Shown: positions 16,449 through 25,491 of the stretch, piece by piece | Numbering within the stretch: the first letter of the stretch is position 1 | Layout: each line of letters opens with the position of its first letter | Source: a virus | Taxonomy: Duplodnaviria > Caudoviricetes | Length of the DNA: 64,000 bases | Direction: 5' to 3' (one strand) | IMG/VR virus record: IMGVR_UViG_2917791510_000001 | Span: 1 to 64,000 of that record | The notes under the pieces: generated by a model | What the model was told of the DNA's origin: nothing | What the model saw: the letters and a program-made list of their open reading frames with translations, nothing else | The model's database searches: none | Translations under genes and position numbers: made by a program

Positions 16449-17036
16449 TCAGCCGCCGAACGGGTCCGGCGCCTCACCCCCGTCGCCCTGGGCGAGGAAG
16501 CCGGCCGCCTGCTCGCCGTTCGCCTCGGCCTTGGTGTACTTCGCGGCGAAGGTGTAGCTGAAGTACTTGCTGCCCGGCCGCTTGGTGTCCTGTCCGCGCT
16601 CGGCCCGGATGTAGCCGCCGATCTCCGGCGCCCGGACGCTCGCGTCGCGCAGGGCCTTGCCGACCGCCGCCGCCAGGGCTCCCTTGATGTACCAGGTGCG
16701 CACACCGTCGTCGTCGGGGAGCTGCTTCTCCACGTACCGGTTGGTCTCCCAGGTGATGCCGGTGGGCTCGCCCTGGGTCTCGATGATGAGCTGCTCCACC
16801 GGCTTGGCGGTGGCGGGGAACTTGAGCTTGGACTGCTCGACCCGCTCCTTGCCTTCCCAGAACAGCAGCTCGCCCGACTCCATGTCGGTCTGCTGACCCA
16901 TCCGGAAGGACAGGATGGTCCCTTCCACGACGGACCCGGGCGTCGGCCACTTCGCGGCGACGGTGCCACCGCCGAGGAAGTGGGCCGCCGCTGCGGCGTC
17001 GGCGCTGAAGGGGTCGGTCTGCGGTGCAGTGGTCAT
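16449..17036 (-). CDS. Putative single-stranded DNA-binding protein (OB-like)
   Basis: Beta-rich core, acidic tail ending DPFGG, next to the exonuclease. Confidence 0.6.
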   Translation of the reverse strand: MTTAPQTDPFSADAAAAAHFLGGGTVAAKWPTPGSVVEGTILSFRMGQQTDMESGELLFWEGKERVEQSKLKFPATAKPVEQLIIETQGEPTGITWETNRYVEKQLPDDDGVRTWYIKGALAAAVGKALRDASVRAPEIGGYIRAERGQDTKRPGSKYFSYTFAAKYTKAEANGEQAAGFLAQGDGGEAPDPFGG

Positions 17037-17113
17037 GCCTGTGTCCTGTCTTCTGTGATCCTGTGTGACCCGCCACCTGCGGTGGACGGGAAGGAGCCGG
17101 CTGTGCGTGGCTC

Positions 17114-17210
17114 CGGTGCGCGGACGGGACTCGAACCCATGTCTCTCGGCGCTGTCCGGCACGGGGGTGACCGGGACACCGAGGCTCTTGGCCAGTTGAG
17201 CTACCGCGCG
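17114..17210 (-). ncRNA. tRNA-like RNA with an extended hairpin replacing the anticodon loop
   Basis: Acceptor GCGCGG/CCGCGC, U8A9, D arm GCTC-AACTGGCCAA-GAGC, stem CTCGG/CCGAG enclosing 29 nt, T arm ATGGG-TTCGAGT-CCCGT; no encoded CCA. Confidence 0.7.
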
Positions 17211-17450
17211 ACCAGCGTTTTACGGCCGCCGCCAGACCACCCACCGACCGCCGGTGTGAGCGTTTCGCCAGAGGGCTACTTGCTGCACGACGGTGCGGTT
17301 TAGGTCTTCTAGGGCCCCGGGGCCGGGGGTTAGCCCCGGGGCGGTCTCTGTGGAGTTGTGACGCTTCGTCACCAATGCGTGTGTCGCCCGGAGTTGAAGC
17401 GTTCCGTGTGCTTTTATGATACCCCTGATCTTGGATTAATTAAACCCAGA

Positions 17451-20400
17451 TCAGCCGCCGGGTTCGGCGAGTTTCGCGAGCCTGGCCTGCATGAGCGCCA
17501 CCAGCTCGTCCACATCCGACTCGGGCAGGCCCTGCTTCGTGGCTTCCTTCCAGACGGCCGACGCCTCGCCCTTGGACGTCACCTGCTCCGCCCTGTCCTT
17601 GAGGGTCGGCGGACGGACCGTGGTCCGGGTGACGACGGCCGGTGCGGGACGCGACGGCGCGAACGTCTCCGCCGCCTCGGACACCATCACCGGCGAGGCG
17701 AGGTTGCGCACCTTTCGCCACTCCCTCACCCGCTCGCACAGCACAGCCGCGTTCCACCCGGACTCCAGGTCGATGCCGTACACCGCAGGCTGCTTCTTCC
17801 CCGACTTGTCCACCGGCAGGTGCACGACGATCCCTGCGTCCGTGCGGACCTTCGCACCGTTCAGCGGGTCCGGGTGCCACTTCTCCTCGTGGCGGTCCCA
17901 CACCCCGGCCGTGTTGATGCCCTGCGCGTAGAGCCCGATCTGGATAGCAATCTCCTGCCACCCGTAGTCGAGATCCTTACCGGTCTTCAGGTCGCCGACG
18001 ACGTACTCTCCGGGTTCCAGTCGGACTTCCGCCCGCCCGATCTTCAGCACGAGCGGCTTGGTCACCTTGTAGCAGTTGTCCGAGGTTCCTGCGATCCCGT
18101 ACTGCTTGACCACCGTCGTGAACTCGACCAGGTGCGGAACAGGCTCCAGGCCCAGCTCATCCAGCATCCGGATGTACGTCTCGATGTCCTCACGGCAGTC
18201 CGGCGGCACCTGGTCCATGACCGAGCGGGGACCACCGGGGGAGTGCCACGCCTTGTCCGCCAGCTCCTTGAAGCTGTGCATGGACGTGCCGAGGTTGGCG
18301 GCGACCTTGTCACCGGCCGCGTTCTTCAGGTCAGCCGTGAGTTCGTCCAGCAACTGCTTGTCTGCCTTGACGTGCTTGCCGTGCGCCCGCTGGACGATGT
18401 CCGGCCGGACCGTCGCGCCGAGCAACGCCATGCGCAGGCCCCACTGGGACAGGGCGTAGGTGTCGCTGATCGACTTGGCGAACGTCGTCGCCCGGGTCCA
18501 CGCCTGCTCCTCGCCGGTGTCCGGGTGCGGGATCAGGTACCGGCCGAAGCGGTCGCGCTTGGTCTCCTTCTCCCCGTGCGCGCCCGACCCGCCAGCGAGG
18601 AACTGCGCCGCTGCCGCGCTCTGGTCCGTCGGGCCCGGCTGGGCAGGCACCGCCGGACGGCTGCCACCGAGGAACGCCGCCGCTGCCGCGCTCTGGTCAG
18701 TCATCCCCGCAGCACTCCTGCCGTTCGTACCCGCCTTCGCCGTCGGCGCGGATGAGGTCGCCTTCGTCGATGGGCTCGCCGCAGGTGCATTCGCCGCCGT
18801 AGGACGCCTCGAACCAGGGGCCGGGGCCGTCGTTGCCGGCGCCGCCACCGCTGAGGAACCGGGCCGCCGCGTCGCTGTCCTGTCGTCCGTGCATTCCGTG
18901 GTCTCCTGTTCCTTGGCCTCCCGGTCGTGCACCCCGCAGTAGTCGCAGAACCGGCCGTTGTAGTCGTACTCGTGGCGGCAGTACGTGCGCTCCACCGTCT
19001 CGTGGTTGTCCGGCAGTACGCCCTCACGACCCTTCATCGGGCCCTCCACGACGACCGCGTGGACGTCGCCGCTGAGGGTGTTCGTGACGCGCATGACCGC
19101 GCCCCGCCGGACGAAGTGCTCACCCACCTCCAGTTCACCGAGGCGGACGAGGACGTCCGGCTTGCACTCGTGGCCTCCGTTGTCACAACTGAGAGAGCCC
19201 GCGTGCTGAGCCGGCTCGCAGACCCACAGCACGGCCTTGGCCTTGCCGTACAGGTCGAACGCTTCCACCAACGGCGTCACCGGGTGGCCGCACGTGCGGC
19301 AGTTGAGCCGCAGCGCGTCCAGGCCTCGGATCTCCTCCGACATCAGGGCCAGCCCTTCAGCCGGGGTGCGCCAACCGTCGTCGGCGTCCGGCCGTTCGTC
19401 TCCGGGATCCACGGTGCCGCAGAGCGCGCAGGTGAAAATCAGGCCCTCACCGTCGTCCTCGGGATCGTTCTCGGTGAAGCCGTCGGGGTGCGTGCACGGC
19501 GTCCCGCAGGCGACGCACACGAGCTGGTCGCCCTCCACGCCGAACACGGCGTCATCGTGGTAGCACGGCCGGCCGTCCTCGGTTTCACCCTTGGGCAGCC
19601 GGTTCGCCATCACCCGGCGGTCGCAGTCGGTGCAGGCCGTGGTGCCGTGGGGGACGGCCTCACCGCAACCGGGGCACCGGTGGTTGTCGGTGTTGCACTC
19701 CCCGCACTTCGGGTCGAACCCCTCGGGCAAGCCCTGGCGTAGCACCGTGCAGTCCGGTGCCGGGCAGGTCTCCGCCGGGCCGTTGTGGTCCCAGACAATG
19801 CCCGACGGGTCGGTGTACTGGTGGTTCAGCGCCGGGTCGAGCGGCAGACCCAGGGCGGCCGACGCGGTGCGGTCCATGCGGGCCGCCGTCTCCGCCTTCT
19901 CCTCCGGGCTCCGCTGCTCCAGCACCGCGATGGCCTCGCGGGTCAGCCGGGACGTCTCCGCGTCGTGGGCCTTCTGCTCGGGGGTGCGGTGGTCCTTGAA
20001 CACGGCCGGGTCGATGCGGTCCAGCACGGTTCCGGGGTTTCCGACCTCTCGCTGCATCAGCTCCGTGAACCGCGACGCCTGCGGCCGGTCATCGTCGGAC
20101 GGGGCGCCGTCGACCATCCGCTCCGCGTCGGCGAACTCCTGCATCCGGCTGCCGTACGGCCAGGCGACGTGTTGCTGATGCTCGGTGCACCACAGCTTGG
20201 CCGGGGACGGCTTGGCCATGAAGACCGGGCACTCTGTCCCGTCCTCATGCTTCCAACCGCCCTTCCAGCCCTCCAGCGGCTGCTCGTCGCCTGCGGCCTT
20301 GAGCTGGTCGGCCATCGTCGGCGCAGCCGCCACGGCAGCCGTGTTCGTCCCGGTGCGTGTGATGGTCTCGACCGGCTCGGACCTCGGCTCGGTGCCGTCC

Positions 20401-20864
20401 CCGTCGCCGACCAGTTCGGCCGAGACGGCCACCCCGGCGCAGTCGTAGCAGGCGCCGATCTCGCGGTGCTCACAGTCGAACGCGAGCGTCGCGACGAGCC
20501 CGTCCGTCGTACCGGCGATGTCCGGGTACACCCCGAGCGGGAAGTCGCTTCCGGCGGGGCACGGCCGGGGCGTCTGCTCGGGAGTCAGGTGGCTGCGCAC
20601 CCGGCCGTTGCCGTAGAGCTGCACCGGGTGCCTGCACAGGCGGCACTGCGGGCCATCTGCGGTCATGTCCTCGGCGAGTGCGACACCCGCCGGGGTGACC
20701 GGGGGCCGGCCAACGCCCTTGCACTTGCGGTTGTCCGGGTCGGCCGGGTCGGCCTGAAAGTCGGGGTTGTCGGTGAAGTGGGACCGCATTCCGCCGGCGG
20801 CGGTGACGGTGTACTCCTCGCCGCACGTCCCGCACGGCTTGCGCTCAGGGGATGACTGAGTCAT
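17451..20864 (-). CDS. Long ORF: multi-CxxC N-terminal region in frame with a C-terminal PD-(D/E)XK (RecB/Cas4-like) exonuclease; the exonuclease may start separately at 18704
   Basis: RDRFGRY, TRATTFAK, GTSMH, IAGTSD, VGDLKTG, QIGLYA; many CxxC pairs upstream. Confidence 0.75.
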   Translation of the reverse strand: MTQSSPERKPCGTCGEEYTVTAAGGMRSHFTDNPDFQADPADPDNRKCKGVGRPPVTPAGVALAEDMTADGPQCRLCRHPVQLYGNGRVRSHLTPEQTPRPCPAGSDFPLGVYPDIAGTTDGLVATLAFDCEHREIGACYDCAGVAVSAELVGDGDGTEPRSEPVETITRTGTNTAAVAAAPTMADQLKAAGDEQPLEGWKGGWKHEDGTECPVFMAKPSPAKLWCTEHQQHVAWPYGSRMQEFADAERMVDGAPSDDDRPQASRFTELMQREVGNPGTVLDRIDPAVFKDHRTPEQKAHDAETSRLTREAIAVLEQRSPEEKAETAARMDRTASAALGLPLDPALNHQYTDPSGIVWDHNGPAETCPAPDCTVLRQGLPEGFDPKCGECNTDNHRCPGCGEAVPHGTTACTDCDRRVMANRLPKGETEDGRPCYHDDAVFGVEGDQLVCVACGTPCTHPDGFTENDPEDDGEGLIFTCALCGTVDPGDERPDADDGWRTPAEGLALMSEEIRGLDALRLNCRTCGHPVTPLVEAFDLYGKAKAVLWVCEPAQHAGSLSCDNGGHECKPDVLVRLGELEVGEHFVRRGAVMRVTNTLSGDVHAVVVEGPMKGREGVLPDNHETVERTYCRHEYDYNGRFCDYCGVHDREAKEQETTECTDDRTATRRPGSSAVAAPATTAPAPGSRRPTAANAPAASPSTKATSSAPTAKAGTNGRSAAGMTDQSAAAAAFLGGSRPAVPAQPGPTDQSAAAAQFLAGGSGAHGEKETKRDRFGRYLIPHPDTGEEQAWTRATTFAKSISDTYALSQWGLRMALLGATVRPDIVQRAHGKHVKADKQLLDELTADLKNAAGDKVAANLGTSMHSFKELADKAWHSPGGPRSVMDQVPPDCREDIETYIRMLDELGLEPVPHLVEFTTVVKQYGIAGTSDNCYKVTKPLVLKIGRAEVRLEPGEYVVGDLKTGKDLDYGWQEIAIQIGLYAQGINTAGVWDRHEEKWHPDPLNGAKVRTDAGIVVHLPVDKSGKKQPAVYGIDLESGWNAAVLCERVREWRKVRNLASPVMVSEAAETFAPSRPAPAVVTRTTVRPPTLKDRAEQVTSKGEASAVWKEATKQGLPESDVDELVALMQARLAKLAEPGG
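18697..18894 (-). CDS. Small Zn-binding protein overprinted within the long ORF
   Basis: Own GCCAAGGAA plus AGGAG SD; GC3-rich codons; WFEASYGGECTCGEPIDEGD; its stop overlaps ATG 18704. Confidence 0.65.
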   Translation of the reverse strand: MHGRQDSDAAARFLSGGGAGNDGPGPWFEASYGGECTCGEPIDEGDLIRADGEGGYERQECCGDD

Positions 20865-20938
20865 GGGCTGTACCTTCCTGCTTCCTTGGTCAATGGCCTA
20901 ACGGCCTGGTGGGAAGGGGTCCTTGGCCCCTCCCGGGG

Positions 20939-21340
20939 TCACTCGGGCTCGGGCCGCTCGCAGTGCACGCAGCACATCTGGCCGGCCTCGCGGACCCACG
21001 CGTACTCGTGCTTGTGGGGCTGACCGGCGCCGCAGTTCTTGCAGGTGTTCGACCACGTACCGTCGGGGTTCCTCGGGTAGAAGTGGTCGCAGGACGCGAC
21101 GTCGGGGGCCTCACCGGTGAACGGGTCGGTGAGCCGCTTGCGCTCCCCGTCCGTCCACTCGCACATTGCCTTGTACTCCGTGTGGAAGCAGTCGACGGCG
21201 TTGCCGATGGCCCGCAGGGCGGAGGACTCCAACTCCCCGGTCTCGTACGGCATGTCCGCCCGGTCGGCCGCTTCCTTCAGCGCCTTCATGGCCAGGGCGA
21301 TCTCCTCCCGGATGACCGCCCGGAGCCTGGTCTCTTCCAT
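20939..21340 (-). CDS. Hypothetical Cys/His-rich protein
   Basis: SD GAGGAA before ATG 21340. Confidence 0.6.
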   Translation of the reverse strand: MEETRLRAVIREEIALAMKALKEAADRADMPYETGELESSALRAIGNAVDCFHTEYKAMCEWTDGERKRLTDPFTGEAPDVASCDHFYPRNPDGTWSNTCKNCGAGQPHKHEYAWVREAGQMCCVHCERPEPE

Positions 21341-21372
21341 TCCGGGTTCCTCGTTCCTTCCGTCGTTGGATG

Positions 21373-21576
21373 TCACCGGTGCCCGCCTGCCCAGCAGAGC
21401 GGGCAGATGTCCCGCCCGCTGCGCATGTGGTGCCAGCCGTTCGACCGGAGCTGGGTACGGAGCGCGCGCAGCGTGGTGACGTCCGGCAGTGCGGCCGGTG
21501 TCATGCAGGGCGGCGCCTGCGGCCCGTCGGGCTCTGCATCGCAACGGACCTGTACGAACACCTGGCCGCTCACCAC
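21373..21576 (-). CDS. Small Cys-containing protein (GW..DICPLC)
   Basis: SD GGGGAGG; operator at 21600. Confidence 0.6.
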   Translation of the reverse strand: MVSGQVFVQVRCDAEPDGPQAPPCMTPAALPDVTTLRALRTQLRSNGWHHMRSGRDICPLCWAGGHR

Positions 21577-21621
21577 TGCCTCCCCGAAGACGGGACACTA
21601 GGATTAACTAAATCATACCCG

Positions 21622-24291
21622 CTAGGACCGGGGAACGAAACGGTCCAGCTTGCGCGAAGCGATGGTGACCGCGAACAGGTCCGAGGCGAGGCCCGCGCGG
21701 ATCCCCTCGGGCACCTCCTTGCCCGCGTACCGCAGCAGGCCGACCAGCTTCGTGGACGCAGGCTTCTTCCGCCAGGACGCCGACTTGGTCATGTTCAGGC
21801 TCGAGCGGTCCGAGGCCTCCGTCTCCGCCCACGCCATCGCCATGCCGAGGTCCAGGCCCTCGTGCAGCCGCTCCCACGTCCCGCGCGGCGGCGCATAAGC
21901 CACGTCCCACTTCTCCTCGCCGCCCTTGGACGGCCAGATCACGATCTCGCCGCTGTCACCCAGCGGGATGAACTGGACGCCCGCGTTGGTCCGCAGCCAC
22001 GAGTACGCGGCCGACGCCTTGAAGAGATCGATGTCCCGGTGCTTCAGCTCGAACCGCAGCGAGCCGGCCGGGACCTTGGACTCCTTCCGGGATTCCTCGC
22101 GCTCGTACGCCTCGGCCAGCGTCTCGCCGTCCTCCACCACCTTGCCTTCGAGACCGGGCTCCAGGTCGACCAGCGTGCACAGCGATCCGCCCTCGCCGGC
22201 GAGGATGAGCACCAACGCGTCGCTCTTGCCGGTGGCGGGGGAGGGGCGCAGCACGCGGCCGACCATCTGGATAAAGAGCGGTTGGGACTTCGTCGGACGG
22301 GCGATCACCGCGCAGTCGCTGTGGGGGAAATCCGCACCCTCGGTCAGCACCATGCAGTTGACCAGGGTTCGGACCTCGCCCGTCCTGAACTTCCGGTAGA
22401 TGTTCAGCCGTTCTTCGCGAGGCGTCCCGCCGTGTACGTACGCCGCGTCCGGCAGGGCCTCGGCCGTGGCCCGCGCGACCTCCACCGTCGGCGTGAAGAC
22501 GATGGGGCTACGCCGGTCGGCCGCATGCTCCTCCAGAACCTTGTGGATGATCTGCGGGCCGCCCGCCTCCATCATCGCGTCGCCGAGGTCCTTGGCCTGG
22601 TAGTCGCCCTTCGAGCGCTTGACGTCGCCGAGGTGCAGGGTGTCCACGTCAATGATCTTGGACTTCACGTCGACCAGGTGGCCCCGGGACATCATCCACA
22701 GTGGGGAGCGGGTATAAACCGCGTCCTCCCAGACATCCCCGAGTCCCTGGCCGTCGCCCCGGGCGAGCGTTGCGGTGAAACCGGCGGCTCGCGTCGGGTC
22801 GTCCTCGCCCTCGGCGACGTCCATGCCGCTGTAGCAGCCGAGTCCCGCCAGGATGCTGACGTAACTTTTGGCACTTGCGTGATGACATTCGTCGACGATC
22901 ACCAGGCCGACCTTGCCGCACGTCTTCTGCGAGTCCAGCAGGCGGTTGAACCGGGTCTCCCGGGCCAGGGTCTGCACCGAGCAGACCATGACGTCGGCGG
23001 CTATGTTGTCGTCTGCCGCCTTCACCTTGCCGATGAACAGGCCCGGCTCCGTCTGCTTCAACTTGCTCAGCGTCTGGTCGGCCAACTCGTCGCGGTGCAC
23101 GAGGATGACCACGCGGGTGCCGTGCTCCGCAATGTGCTCAGCCGCCATGCGGGAGAACACGACCGTGTTGTGCGTGACAATGTGGTGCCGCGTCACTTGG
23201 TACAGGCTGTCCGGTGCGGCCACCCGGATGCACCGGATCTCCTGGTCCTCCACGCGCTCCACGGCCACGATGGTGCGCCGGGGTTCGAACGTACGACGGG
23301 GTCCGTTGGTGCGGGTCTTCCTCGGTGTGGAGATGGCCGGAACGTCCGACGGCATGAGGATGCGCACCGTCAGGCTCTCGTACGCCTTGCCGTTGGACGG
23401 CTGGACCCGTTCCGATGACCCTACTGTGGCCGTGCCGCCGAGGGAGCACACCAGCTCCCGGACGTCCTCGGCCAGTTGCGGAGAGGTGGTGTGGTAGAGC
23501 ACCGACCGACGTTCGTCCCGGGATGAGCCGTCGTTGTCCATGAGGCCCTGCAACAGCGCGACGCGTTGCGCCGTACCGGCCTCCAGGTACCGACGCGGGA
23601 TGAACTTGTCCGCGCTGACCACGCCCAGACCCATCGAGCGGATGTGACGCTGAATGCCTCGGACGACGAACCGGGGGCAGTACCGCGTCTCGTCCACGTG
23701 CGCCCGGGTCACCTCGTGCTCGGTGCTGACCCGCTCGGCCACGTGCTCGTCGGGCGTGGTCAGCATCGGGCTGGTGTGGGCCAGGTAGCCATTGGCGATC
23801 AGTGACCCCAGTGTGTACGGGCCCACGGGAAGGTCCACGTCGGGCGTAACGGTGCCGGACACCGGGACGGCCCACCGGTTGCTCCGTTCGTACCGCAGGC
23901 CGAGACTGGCGATGTCCGCCGTGCTGAGCGTGCGGACCTCCTTGGACGTGCGCCGGTGCGCGTAGTCCCGGACAGTCCACAGGTGCTCGGCATCCGTGAT
24001 GACGGAGGATCCGTCGCTGAAGGTCACGCGGAACGCGGGCAGGACGCCACGGTCGTAGACGTCCGTGACCTCCGTGGGGCAGCCGTTGCTACCGAAGACG
24101 AGGTCTCCCGGCTGGAGGTCACCCCACTTGCGCAGGCCGTCCGGTGTGGGGATCTCGGTGTCCAGCGGGTGGCCTTTGCCGGCGCCGGTCGGGAGCACAA
24201 CGGCCGGCCGCTGCATGCCCTCGGCCCACGCGGCCTGTACGGCGTCGATGGCCTCGCGCTGGTACTCGCGGAGGGTCAATGTCTGGCTCAC
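21622..24291 (-). CDS. SF2 DEAD/DEAH helicase containing an intein
   Basis: LREYQ Q-motif, GAGK/T split by the intein, IVDECHH, GFTAT, LTEGAD, QMVGRVLR. Confidence 0.92.
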   Translation of the reverse strand: MSQTLTLREYQREAIDAVQAAWAEGMQRPAVVLPTGAGKGHPLDTEIPTPDGLRKWGDLQPGDLVFGSNGCPTEVTDVYDRGVLPAFRVTFSDGSSVITDAEHLWTVRDYAHRRTSKEVRTLSTADIASLGLRYERSNRWAVPVSGTVTPDVDLPVGPYTLGSLIANGYLAHTSPMLTTPDEHVAERVSTEHEVTRAHVDETRYCPRFVVRGIQRHIRSMGLGVVSADKFIPRRYLEAGTAQRVALLQGLMDNDGSSRDERRSVLYHTTSPQLAEDVRELVCSLGGTATVGSSERVQPSNGKAYESLTVRILMPSDVPAISTPRKTRTNGPRRTFEPRRTIVAVERVEDQEIRCIRVAAPDSLYQVTRHHIVTHNTVVFSRMAAEHIAEHGTRVVILVHRDELADQTLSKLKQTEPGLFIGKVKAADDNIAADVMVCSVQTLARETRFNRLLDSQKTCGKVGLVIVDECHHASAKSYVSILAGLGCYSGMDVAEGEDDPTRAAGFTATLARGDGQGLGDVWEDAVYTRSPLWMMSRGHLVDVKSKIIDVDTLHLGDVKRSKGDYQAKDLGDAMMEAGGPQIIHKVLEEHAADRRSPIVFTPTVEVARATAEALPDAAYVHGGTPREERLNIYRKFRTGEVRTLVNCMVLTEGADFPHSDCAVIARPTKSQPLFIQMVGRVLRPSPATGKSDALVLILAGEGGSLCTLVDLEPGLEGKVVEDGETLAEAYEREESRKESKVPAGSLRFELKHRDIDLFKASAAYSWLRTNAGVQFIPLGDSGEIVIWPSKGGEEKWDVAYAPPRGTWERLHEGLDLGMAMAWAETEASDRSSLNMTKSASWRKKPASTKLVGLLRYAGKEVPEGIRAGLASDLFAVTIASRKLDRFVPRS
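23167..24174 (-). mobile_element. Class 3 intein (336 aa) with LAGLIDADG homing endonuclease, inserted in Walker A
   Basis: Starts GHPLDTEIPTP, block B EHLW, block F RCIRV, block G IVTHN/T; LLQGLMDNDG. Confidence 0.88.
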
Positions 24292-24863
24292 GACGCCCCG
24301 CCTTCCGCGTCCGCGTCCAGCTCGGCGATGTACCGCCGCAGCTCCGAATTCTTGATCTTGTCGCGGCTGATGACGTCGGCTGCCTTCCGCACCAGATCGC
24401 CGTCGTAGTCCTCGGTGTCGTCACCGCCGTGGCGTCCTCCCACGCGGAAGTCCTTCGGCCAGTAGCCCTCAAGCAACAGGCCATTGGTGGCCCGCAGGAT
24501 GAAGTCGGCGACTTCGCGGGACATCGTCAGGTCCGGCGCGAACGGGTCCGCGTCGGCCGGCTCCGGCTGCTCGCTGTCCAGCGTGACGTCCACGCCGCGC
24601 TTCCAGGCCTCGTACACGCTGCGCGGAACGCCGTCGGCCCGCAGGTCGTCCGGCACCTCCACGCCCCGGTACGTCGGGCTGTAGCGGTCCTGCATGTAGT
24701 CCTCGGCCGCGCTCGCAGTCATGACGGATCCGACGGCGTAGTTCTTGGCGGCCAGGTCGCGCGCCCGGGAGTACGCCTGGACACGCGTCATGGCTCCGGT
24801 CACCTGCTCGTGTCCGTCGTGGTCGGTGTAGAGCACGCGGTACAGCTCGTCCGTGCCGCTCAC
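24288..24863 (-). CDS. Hypothetical protein
   Basis: GTGA couplings at both ends. Confidence 0.65.
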   Translation of the reverse strand: MSGTDELYRVLYTDHDGHEQVTGAMTRVQAYSRARDLAAKNYAVGSVMTASAAEDYMQDRYSPTYRGVEVPDDLRADGVPRSVYEAWKRGVDVTLDSEQPEPADADPFAPDLTMSREVADFILRATNGLLLEGYWPKDFRVGGRHGGDDTEDYDGDLVRKAADVISRDKIKNSELRRYIAELDADAEGGAS

Positions 24864-25111
24864 TGCTCCGCCTCCAGCGTTGTGTCCACTCCGCGAACGT
24901 CCTCTTCACGCACATAGCGCTGTGATTCGTCCCCGCCGCCGCAGATCTCGGCCGCCGGATCGTCCTCCAGCGGGTCGCCGTGCTCCGGGCAGTCGGGGTG
25001 CGCGTAGGCGATCATGTCCCCGTACTCGCCGACACCTATGTCCGACGCCGACAGGCAGATGCCGTTGCACTCAGCCGTCACGCGGGACGTCTGCTCGTCC
25101 GTGCCGCTCAT
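24860..25111 (-). CDS. Hypothetical acidic protein (AHPDCPEHG)
   Basis: ATGA overlap; starts MSGTDE like its neighbour. Confidence 0.6.
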   Translation of the reverse strand: MSGTDEQTSRVTAECNGICLSASDIGVGEYGDMIAYAHPDCPEHGDPLEDDPAAEICGGGDESQRYVREEDVRGVDTTLEAEQ

Positions 25112-25491
25112 CCCTCGTTCCTCGCTTCCTTGATGAACTCCTGGATCTCGCCGTCCGGGCAGGGTCCAGGCTGCGGCAGGCCGTGCATCTGGCAGTAGCC
25201 GTGGTGATCGAGCACGCACGGCTCATCGTTGTGCAGCTCGTCCAGCAGCGGCACGGCGATGTCCAGTGCCGCCTTGACGCCCTGGCGCCACCACGCGGCC
25301 TCCGGCTGGTCCCAGTTGTGGTGCAGGACCCCGGGCACCGGAATGCCCCTGTACGTCGTGGGGCCGTTCGTCGGGGGCGGCACCGGCTTGCGGGTCCTCG
25401 CGTCCACCAGGGCCTTGAGCCGGGCGAGCGCCACGGGGTCCTGGCCGTCCAGGAAGACCACCAGCGCGCGGTCGTTGTCGTCGGCGCTCAT
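25108..25491 (-). CDS. Hypothetical protein (C..DHHGYCQ.H motif)
   Basis: ATGA overlap. Confidence 0.6.
   Translation of the reverse strand: MSADDNDRALVVFLDGQDPVALARLKALVDARTRKPVPPPTNGPTTYRGIPVPGVLHHNWDQPEAAWWRQGVKAALDIAVPLLDELHNDEPCVLDHHGYCQMHGLPQPGPCPDGEIQEFIKEARNEG

Noticed and set aside
17114-17210. Canonical decoding tRNA or attP-associated tRNA
   Set aside because: There is no 7-nt anticodon loop or U33, no CCA, and no duplicated 3' end in the window; kept as a tRNA-like ncRNA.
17451-18704. Cas4 of a CRISPR system
   Set aside because: The PD-(D/E)XK fold is there, but the Fe-S cysteine pattern, other cas genes and an array are missing; the context is phage recombination.
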